This document shows positions 54,080 through 64,000 of a DNA stretch of 64,000 nt, piece after piece; position 1 is the stretch's first letter; each line of letters starts with the position of its first letter. The notes below the pieces were generated by a model, which had not been told where the DNA came from, did no database searches, and saw nothing but the letters and a program-made list of their open reading frames with translations. The stretch lies in the NCBI GenBank assembly GCA_964016885.1, contig OZ024746.1:76694001-76758000 (forward strand), in the 5' to 3' direction. A program made the translations under genes and the position numbers. Source of the DNA: Eledone cirrhosa. Taxonomy: Eukaryota.

Positions 54080-55599
54080 AAAGATCTTAAATACTCTGAT
54101 ATAAATCCTGGTAAAATTAGTTGAGCAACTAAACACAAGTTTATTGATGTAGTTAGTTACCTAGATGTAGTTAGGTTTTTGCTATCTAGGCAGTTACTGA
54201 TCACATTAAATAACAGTAACTAGAGTACAAACCTCTGCACACTCATTGTATGAGAGGTAGATTGTCATGTTGCATTTACTTCAAAGGTTTCATCATTCTA
54301 TAAGCAACAAGCAACATCTGCAGTAACTACACAGGCTATGAGTAAAAAATGTTGCTGGTTATCAGCTGTTGGTTAGCGAAAGAGTTGACTTGATATGAAC
54401 TAGAAAATTGTGGATGCTAAAAGAAATGCTACAATCTAAAGGTAGCTGAAGTAGTAGACGAGGGATAACATTGGGTAAGGTAATTAGAGCACCTCTTAGC
54501 AAATTGAGTTTTGTTAAATATGAGATTTATGGTGTAAGTCAGCGTGACATGGTTGGCTTTTTAAATTAGAGGTACAACTAATTTTTCTCAGTTGGATGGA
54601 CCAGAGCGCATAAAATAAAGTGTCTTGCTCAAGGACAACATTCCACCCAATCTGGGAATCACTCATGACTTTACAATTATGAGCCAAACACCTTAACCGC
54701 TAAGCCACGTGCCTTCGCACATGATAATGACACACATATTTAATTATCCGTTGGCATGTTTCTAAATACTTTTTGGCTAGTATCCTGTAACAACATCTCT
54801 GTTTTGGGCTATCAACTCTTTCTCTTTTCAGAGACTGTTAAGGAATTGGTCCTGCTGCATCAACAGGATCATATTTCAAACTAAATTACATCTTAATGTT
54901 ACTATGGTTACTACTTGCACTATAAATGTTGATTCTAAAGTGGGAGGATATAAATACATGCAATCACTTCCATTTTTATGAAATTCTAAATATTCACCCC
55001 TTTGTGGCTGTATTTCAATTTACAGTAAATTTTAAGGAATTTACTAAAATTAAGAGTAATTTAACATGGTTTTTATATAAATTTTTGGAAGATCCTTATT
55101 AAAATAGTTTTATTTTATAGAACCAGAGCCCATTTTTTGCTGTGTTAGTGAAGAAATTTGAGGGATTTACATTTCATTAGTAAAATAACTTAAAATATGG
55201 TTTATTTATGAAAAATAACCTTTTTAAAAGCATAGAATATATTTAGATTTTATATTTCAGAAATTTTTTTCAGTCAGGAGAGGGTTGGCACCATTAGGTT
55301 TAAAATACATCATGACAGCTCCCAATAGTGTCATAGGAGCACCAAATTTAATAGTAAATATCTAAAAATAGACTTTTAATTCAAATTCTTATAGTATTTG
55401 TACTAGTAGACATTAAACATTTCTTGTAAAATCTTATTTTTAATATGATGGTCATGTTTTGTACTTTTTAATTAATAAAATTTCTTGGAATCCATTCTAG
55501 TTTTATGGTAAGTCTCTAGTAGTCTTTTCACTGCTATATGGTTTGAAATGAAATAAACTAAAAATTGATTTGCATTAAATTGTTTTATTTCTATTTCAG

Positions 55600-55744
55600 T
55601 GTGGTTTTATGCTTTGGTGTATGGCTCCTATTCCTCATAATGGATCCGACATGATCTACAATAAAGTTATAAAGGTGTTTTTCCTTAAACACGAGGCCAC
55701 TCTTGATGATGCTATCTCCAATATTAACCAAAAAGCCGATGAAG
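55600..55744 (+). CDS. REEP5: REEP5 coding exon 4
   Basis: Acceptor ttctatttcAG|; encodes CGFMLWCMAPIPHNGSDMIYNKVIKVFFLKHEATLDDAISNINQKADE with the WCMAP...NG...IY...I...FLKHE motif; donor G|GTAATT; 145 nt. Confidence 0.96.
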
Positions 55745-56377
55745 GTAATTTGAGTTTTCCAGTAAATACATTGAAAAAATTTATCCTGACATGAACTTTG
55801 TGGAAAAGTTCCTCAAATATCTTGTTGGGTTACGTCTTGACACAAGACCTATGTTGGGCAGTTTAAACCTGGCAGAGCGCAGTTCAATCTTATTTGGTTT
55901 CTTAGAGAGAGAAAGGGAGAGGAAGTATTGATCCCAGTACTGAAATTTATTGACCATGAAAGGATATATCAACTCTGAGCACAGTGAACTGAAATAATTA
56001 TCAAGGCATTTATTCCAATGCCTTAATAATCTTGCCAATTTGCTGTCTTAACTTTGTAGAGATGACGTAAATTAACAACTGAAGATTTTGTATTAATTTG
56101 CTGCCTTGCATAAAAATAAAATTTAAGAATTGATTTTCTTTTTGAAAATTAGAAATTATTGTATTATTGTATTCACATGTAAAAGTTAAATGTGAATCGA
56201 CTACAATTTGAATTTAACCCTTTCATGACCATATTTCCAATAATTAATTAATGAAGAATTTTGTGGGATTCACTGAAATCATTTCATTACTAAGATAGGG
56301 GATCTCATTAGTGGAGACGGATGTACTGAAGGTGTTAAGCCATAGTGAAAATAGAAAAATTCAGAGAGCTGTTAGTT

Positions 56378-56534
56378 CTGCTGAGGGCCAGAGGTCTGCT
56401 GACTGCTTAGCTGAGCAGTCAAAACTCTCCCTTAGACCTCAGGCAATGCTATCAGATTGCTGAGGATTGCAGCAATCTGTTAGCCAGTGACACCTTAGCT
56501 GACCAGCGAGAACAAACCTCTAGCTCTCAGCAGT
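56378..56534. mobile_element. Structured MITE-like element with a 9-bp direct-repeat flank (Mutator-like)
   Basis: 18-bp TIR CTGCTGAGGGCCAGAGGT / ACCTCTAGCTCTCAGCAG; CTGTTAGTT at 56369-56377 and 56535-56543; two internal hairpins. Confidence 0.6.
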
Positions 56535-56669
56535 CTGTTAGTTAAGGTCACCTGGATGCCAGGACTGGTTTGAAGAATCTGTTTCTGTTAACACATTAGT
56601 TTGTAATGATCATTTAATTTTTTTCTTTTTTTTTATATTGTTTCAATATTGTGTACCTTATATTTTCAG

Positions 56670-56752
56670 TGAAGAAAAATTTAACAAAAGCTGCTACAGA
56701 TGCTGCTGCTGATTACGTCTCTGACTCAATGAAAGGAGAAAAGGCTGAGTAA
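56670..56752 (+). CDS. REEP5: REEP5 coding exon 5 (C-terminus and stop)
   Basis: Acceptor tattttcAG|; phase-compatible (V)KKNLTKAATDAAADYVSDSMKGEKAE*; TAA at 56750-56752. The five exons sum to 603 nt. Confidence 0.88.
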
Positions 56753-58040
56753 GAAATAAAGTAAAATAAATGCAAAATATAATAAAAATAATAAACCAAC
56801 AGAAGTGAAGATTTCATTGGAGTGTCTACTTTTCTGCCACAAATCCAGCCTTCCAGCTATTAAAACTATTTAACCCAAACTATCATCATTTCAGCCATCT
56901 TGTTTTTCTAAAGCTTCAGGTTTTTTTTTTTCTTTTTTACTTTGTTAAACCTATTCTGCAAGGCCTTCTTTTGTCTTTTTTTTTTTATCTGGCATTCCAA
57001 TTTTTGTTTCTGGTCCTTGCCATTTAGACTTTCATGTAGTTGTTCGTATATTAATGTGCTGGTTTTACTTTTGTATTTTTCTATTTGAGGAATATGTTAC
57101 ACTATTTTTGTTTAATTAAATATACTCTTCTTTTTGTTATATACAAACCATGTCATTTAGCTGTGTAAGATGGCATCGATTCAAAATGTTGACTATTATT
57201 AAGCAGTTTATATAGTTACAGTTCAGTACAGTGCTTAGACAAATTTTAAAATGGATCTTGAACATTTTTCCAAATATTTATTGGTGCTTAATTGTATTTT
57301 TTACTGCATTGGAGTACAGTGAATTGGCTCCATAGTTATTAAAGAAAAGACTTGAATCCATATGTGGATATATATTTTTTTTTTTTTTTTTTTTTTTTTA
57401 CACAAGTTTAGATTTTTACTAAGTTTATAATAAAACTAAAAAACACCATTTTCAATATTGTTTTAGAAAAGTATTTTTGGTTTGGGTACTTTTCTGGTAA
57501 TTCCCCCACCCAACACCACCACTACCATAAAGCACCATAATTTAATCTTCGCTCTCTCTACATTTATTTTGGCTGGAATAATAATTTGCCATTATTATAT
57601 GGATGGTTTTTTTTTTTTTTTTTTTTTTTTTCTCTCTCTCCTTCCCAAGCATAACTTGTTCCAAATATTTCATAGTTTAAATTCTAATTACTGGCATCTA
57701 ATTTCTGGAGTGTTGATGTTTTAAAGATACCTTTACCCCACCCGACTCTACATGAATGCAACTATTTCTTTTGTATGTCAGAAGTGAAGCAGCAAACTTT
57801 CTTCCCTGCTTTCATCACAATACAGCGATTTAACTTCTTGGCTTTTAAATGACCATTTCACTGCTTGGTGCCTGCTGTGATTAACATATTCTTTGGCTGT
57901 GCATGTAGTACTGTGAAAGGGTTGTTTTTGTTTAGAACATTGTATGCATTCCAATATTGGATATCTACAGGAAAATCATGCTACGTGTAAGTCATGTGGA
58001 ATATTTTTCTACACTTCCCTTTTTGGTGATAATAATTGTA

Positions 58041-58046
58041 AATAAA
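58041..58046 (+). promoter_or_regulatory. Candidate distal polyadenylation signal of REEP5
   Basis: AATAAA followed by a T-rich tract. Alternative AATAAA sites lie at 56755 and 58303; the site used cannot be told from sequence. Confidence 0.4.
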
Positions 58047-58135
58047 ACTCAGTTTTCTCTTTAATTGTCCTTTCTGTTTTTTTTTTTTCCTCCCCCCCTC
58101 CCTACTCACCAGCTTCATCAACTATTTTGCCATCA

Positions 58136-58166
<31 letters not shown>

Positions 58167-59214
58167 CATCATTTCACTCATACTTTCTCTATGAAACTAC
58201 TCAAATTCAAGATTCCTAACGAAATTAAATTTGGTTGCTTTTTCTTACTCATTGTTTCGAAAAAAACGTTATTTAAAAAGTTATTGTAACAATGGTAACT
58301 TAAATAAAAGTGAATAATTCTTCAAAAGCTGGAATTTTTTTTTTTTTTTTTAATTCATTCTCTGAATGCTGCTCATTTTCACACATGCATTGCTATACAT
58401 ATTTTTTTTTCATTTTCAATCACAAATGAGATTGTATTGACAAAAGTAGTGAAACTAATTTACTGCAGGGGTAAGTGAACATTTAGATTACAGCAGCGGA
58501 AGATGCTTGGTTGTTATGCATGTCCATGATGAGCCCACTGAAGGCTACCCTTGAATGAGAACATATGAGGGAAGGCAGACCTTTCAGAACCTTGGTGAGG
58601 TCTGTGGAGGAAGACATGAGTGTGGCCTGGTAGCAGGCATGTGACAGAACTTGCAACTGTGTGGAATGAAGATATCTCATTGTCCAATTAAAGATGCTTG
58701 ACCTACTTGTGTATGGTTGATGCAATGGGCAAACATTTGTTCAACTCGTGTGTGCATGCAAAAACGAAACTCTTTTGTTACTGTTTTAAATACACTTTCA
58801 TTACTTAGTTACTTAACATATAGTTCTTATATAAAATTAGCTTGGAAGATTTTAATTTAAATAGAAGCCCTTTAAATGACTAGGCATTTTTAGAGGTGGC
58901 CTTCACGCGCCTTGTCATAGCTACATTACTGGGTTGAGTTTTCTTGGGAGCTACAGGAGTCGCTCATTGCTGTATCTCCCCTAGTAGTTTACCACTGTTG
59001 GTCCAGAGTTGCGTATTTGTCTGGCAGTTACCTGCTTATATCGCAACTAGCCATCATATCTGGCGACCGTATTGCTATAATTTCTTTTCAATGATCATAT
59101 TTGCTGAGATACTGTTTACGAAGAAAGATTTGAATTGCGTCATATTCTGTTGCAAAGCGACTGGATCTAGTGATCACCTGTTTTTTTTTTTTTTTTTTTT
59201 TTTTTTTTCCATAG

Positions 59215-59381
59215 ATATATCGGTAGTCGGACACCATGTTTGGAGGCATAGTTACGTCCCTTTAAAATCTGAGTTCAAGTTCCACCGAGGTTAACTTTGC
59301 CTTTCATCCTTACGGGATCGATAAAATAAAGTACCAGTAATGTACTGGGTAATTGCTGGCCTTGTGCCAAAAAGTAGAAAC

Positions 59382-59387
<6 letters not shown>
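59215..59387 (+). mobile_element. SINE family 1 copy
   Basis: CTGAGTTCAAGTTCCACCGAGGTTAACTTTGCCTTTCATCC...GCTGGCCTTGTGCC, the reverse complement of the copies above. Confidence 0.8.
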
Positions 59388-59421
<34 letters not shown>

Positions 59422-59551
59422 AGTATATGTTGGTTGTATACCAACACCTCAGTATGCAGGCTGGAGCATTCGACGAAGTGCGCAGGTGGGTTTGGTTACT
59501 CCGGAGTGATCTAAAATAAAGTCAAATGTTTAAAATTTAGCTTCGTTTATT

Positions 59552-59604
59552 ACTGCTATATATATTTCGGTGACAGCCATCTTTGGCTGTGACCTTCAGG
59601 CAGT
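59552..59604 (-). ncRNA. Degenerate type I hammerhead motif
   Basis: Minus strand ACTGC-CTGAA-GGTCACAGCCA-AAGA-TGGCTGTCACC-GAAA-TATATA-TA-GCAGT, followed by AATAAA. The core appears to lack the GA of CUGANGA. Confidence 0.5.
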
Positions 59605-59719
59605 CCGAATTAGTGTGGTATAGACAAGTACATATGTTGTTGAGGTGTATAATTTTGTCAATACTCTGATATGCCCAGTTCCTGGTTGGGTTGTTATTTC
59701 TCTGAGGAACTGGAATCGT

Positions 59720-61274
59720 ATATTATATATATATTTATATATATTTTATATATTATATATTATATATTATATTTATATATTGTATATTATATATTTATAT
59801 ATTATATTTATATATTATATTATATTTATATATTTATATATTATATTTATATATTTATATATATATATATTATATTTATATATATTATATATTTATATAT
59901 TTATATATATATATTATATATTTATATATATATATATATATATATTATATATTATATTTATATATATATTATATATATAATATTTATATATTATATATAT
60001 AATATTTATATAATATTTATATATATATTATATATATATTATATATTATATATATATATTATATATATTATATATTATATATATATATTATATATTATAT
60101 ATATATATTATATTTATATATATAATTATATATATATATTATATATATATATTATATTTATATATATAATTATATATATATATTATATTTATATATATAT
60201 TTATATATATATATATTTATATATATTTATATATATTTATATATATATATATATTTATATATATTATATATATATATATTTATATATATATATATATTTA
60301 TATATATATTATATATATATATATTTATATATATATTTATATATATATTATATATATATATATTTATATATATATATATATTTATATATATTTATATATA
60401 TATATATATTTATATATTTATATATATATATTTATATATATTTATATATATATATTTATATATATTTATATATATATATATTTATATATATTTATATATA
60501 TATATATTTATATATATTTATATATATATATATTTATATATATATATATTTATATATATATATATTTATATATATATATATTTATATATATATATTTATA
60601 TATATATATTTATATATATATATTTATATATATATATTTATATATATATATTTATATATATATATATTTATATATATATATTTATATATATTTATATTTA
60701 TATATATATATTTATATATATTTATATATATATATTTATATATATATTTATATATATATATTTATATATATATATTTATATATATATATTTATATATATA
60801 TATTTATATATATATATTTATATATTTATATATATATATTTATATATATATATTTATATATATATATTTATATATATATATTTATATATATATATTTATA
60901 TATATATATTTATATATATATATTTATATATATATATTTATATATATATATTTATATATATATATTTATATATATATATTTATATATATATATTTATATA
61001 TATATATTTATATATATATATTTATATATATATATTTATATATATATATTTATATATATATATTTATATATATATATTTATATATATATATTTATATATA
61101 TATATTTATATATATATATTTATATTTATATATATATATATTTATATATATTTATATATATTTATATATATTTATATATATTTATATATATTTATATATT
61201 TATATATATTTATATATATATATTTATATATATATATTTATATTTATATATATATTTATATTTATATATATATT

Positions 61275-61311
<37 letters not shown>

Positions 61312-61320
61312 ATATTTTTA

Positions 61321-61390
<70 letters not shown>

Positions 61391-61524
61391 TATATATATA
61401 TTTTTATATATATATTTTTATATATATATATTTTTATTTTTATATATATATATTTTTATTTTTATATATATTTATATATATATATATTTATATATATATA
61501 TTTATATATATATTTATATATATA
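59720..61524. repeat. 1.8-kb almost pure A/T satellite, with a homogenised 14-bp unit TTTATATATATATA in its core
   Basis: TTT recurs every 14 bp across about 60850-61100. The same-polarity array resumes at about 62456-62852 and 63448-63791. Confidence 0.95.
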
Positions 61525-62445
61525 TCATCATCATCATCATCATCACCGTTTTACGTCCGTTCTTCCACGCTAGCATGGGTTAGACGGGTTGTCCTGTTGT
61601 GGGCAGTGTCTGGTCGGCTGACCATGCCTTGCTCATACAGGAACTGATCTGGCTTGATTTCTACAGCTGGATGCCCTTCCTAACACCAACCTCATTTACA
61701 GTGAGTGCTGGGTGCTTTTTCGTGGCGCCTACACGTCCACTTTACAGTGTGGGCTGGGTGCTTTTTTGCCGTGGCACCTCCACGACCACCTTGCGGTGGG
61801 GGGGGGGGGGGCATATTGTTTATATGCTTCAGCATGTACCCATGGGAGGTCGGGTACCCTGTATTACTGCGTGACGCCAGAAGTCACGGTCGTGTGTCAT
61901 TGACTTTGAGAGGTGTAGTTGGGTAAGGTCGGCTTTTATCACCTCATCCCAAGTCATCTTGGGTCTCCCCACTCCGCGGTTTCCATCAACTTCTAGTGCT
62001 CTGCACCTTTTTATGCAGCTGTCATCCTTCATACGCATCACATGTCCATACCAGCGTAACCGCCTCTCCTGCACGCAGCATTTGATTCCTCTTATGCTCA
62101 GTCTCTCTCTCAATTCATTTATGCTTTGTCGTTCACGTATATTACTGTTACACATCCATCGGAGCATGCAGGCTTCGTTTCTCTCTAATCTACGTAAGTC
62201 TTCCACCTTCAGCGCCCAGGTCTCACTACCATGCAACATCGCTGTTCGGATACACGCATCATACAGTCTGCCTTTCATTCTGAGGGAGAAGCCTTTTGCA
62301 GCTAGCAGTGGTAGTAGTTCCCTAAACTTCTTCCATCCCGTTCTTACCCTAGTTATTGTACTTTCTGAGCACCCACCTCCGTTGCTAATTCGGTCACCTA
62401 GGTAGCAGAAGCTGTCTACTGTTTCTACAGGGCCCTCCCAGAGAT
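61525..62445 (-). mobile_element. RTE-clade LINE 3' fragment within the A/T satellite
   Basis: ORF 61829-62278 is the same family as 47799-48263; (CAT)n tail at about 61525-61545. Confidence 0.92.
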
Positions 62446-62463
62446 TGGTGGTACTTATATATT

Positions 62464-62512
<49 letters not shown>

Positions 62513-62739
62513 ATATATATATTTATATATATTTATATTTATATATATATATATATATTTATATATTTATATATATATTTATATATATATATATTTATAT
62601 ATATATTTATATATATATTTATATATATATATATTTATATATATATTTATATATATTTATATATATATTTATATATATATATATTTATATATATATTTAT
62701 ATATATTTATATTTATATATATATATATTTATGTATATT

Positions 62740-62778
<39 letters not shown>

Positions 62779-62852
62779 ATATTTATATATATTTATATAT
62801 ATTTATATATATATATATTTATTTATTTATATATATATATATTTATATATAT

Positions 62853-63447
62853 AGGGATCAGATGTTGTTTACTCGAGAGAAGGCTACGTTGGTATGGACA
62901 CGTGATGCGCATGAAAGTCGATAGCTGTATAACAAAGTGCAGGGCAATAAAGATAGACGGTAGTCACGGAATAGGCAGACCTAGAAAAACCTGGGACGAG
63001 CTGATAAACTCCGACATCACACACTTACACCTCTCCAAGACAATGTCACTGGACCGAGACCTTTGGCGGTACTCAGTAACAGAGAAGACCCGCCTTACCT
63101 AAATATATAGTAAAACCTACTCCAGCCAGTAGGCATCTCTAACAAAATACACCCCGTCCCACCACCACCACCCCCACCCGATCCACACCACCCCGTTCTA
63201 TGTAAAGTTATGTTGGTGCCGCGCCATCGAGGCCGAAACAAATGAGATCGTGTAGGTGTCAAAAAACACACAGTCCACGCTGTAATGTGGCCGTGTAGGC
63301 AACACGGTAAAAACCTCCCAGACCCACACTGTAGAAAACCTGCCTATGCGAGCAAGACAATCACTCTTGCCTCAAGTGGGACTACCCCCGTCCAAACCCA
63401 TGCAAGCGTGGAACACGGACGTTAAACGTTGATGATGATGATGATGA
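62853..63447 (+). mobile_element. RTE-clade LINE 3' fragment within the A/T satellite
   Basis: [16 protein letters not shown]...GRPRKTW, closely similar to 48015-48630; (GAT)n tail at 63431-63447. Confidence 0.92.
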
Positions 63448-63545
63448 TATATATATTTATATATATATATATTTATATATATATATTTATATATATATTT
63501 ATATATATTTATATATATATATTTATATATATATTTATATATATT

Positions 63546-63576
<31 letters not shown>

Positions 63577-63627
63577 ATTTATATATATATATATTTATAT
63601 ATATATATATTTATATATATATATATT

Positions 63628-63658
<31 letters not shown>

Positions 63659-63791
63659 ATATATTTATATATATTTATATATATATATTTATATATATAT
63701 ATTTATATTTATATATATATATTTATATATATTTATATTTATATATATATATATTTATATATATATATATTTATATATATTTATATATATA

Positions 63792-64000
63792 TCATCATCA
63801 TCATCATCATTTCATTTTACGTCCACTTTTCCCTGCTTGCAAGGGTGGGACGGGAACTGATTCTGGCTTGATTTCTACAGCTGGATGCCCTTCCTAACAC
63901 CAACCTCATTTACAGTGAGTGCTGGGTGCTTTTTTTCCGTGGCGCCTACACGTCCACTTTACAGTGAGTGCTGGGTGCTTTTTTTTTTTGCTGTGGCACC
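63792..64000 (-). mobile_element. RTE-clade LINE 3' UTR (runs off window end)
   Basis: (CAT)n tail, then sequence nearly identical to 61640-61780. Confidence 0.8.

Noticed and set aside
56460-56484. CTGAGGA as a hammerhead core
   Set aside because: No correctly placed GAAA...UH or stem I. The same applies to CTGATGA near 2313, 5401-5407 (minus) and 15349.
59671-61647. 658-aa ORF, the longest in the window
   Set aside because: Ile/Tyr/Phe/Leu translation of an A/T satellite that happens to lack in-frame stops.

Overview
AT-rich, microsatellite-dense animal genomic DNA. The SINE and LINE families look like those of octopod cephalopods (inference, not verified). One complete protein-coding gene is supported: a 5-exon REEP5/DP1/Yop1-family ER-shaping protein (+ strand, CDS 29810-56752, 603 nt = 200 aa + stop, all GT-AG introns, reading frame continuous). 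A candidate start-codon exon of an unidentified minus-strand gene lies at 5304-5456. The rest is decayed RTE- and CR1-clade LINEs, tRNA-derived SINEs, DNA-transposon MITEs (piggyBac-, hAT-, mariner-, Mutator-like), an internally deleted Merlin/IS1016-type transposon and A/T satellites. The most notable signal is a set of short non-coding fold-back elements at (TA)n tracts whose arms carry type I hammerhead ribozyme (HHR) motifs pointing outwards on both strands. They are at 8561-8957, 9432-9745 and 35278-35623, with a solo degenerate motif at 59552-59604, and belong to about four unrelated sequence families. They resemble Penelope-like pLTR or retrozyme derivatives. All structures were paired by eye and no activity is demonstrated.
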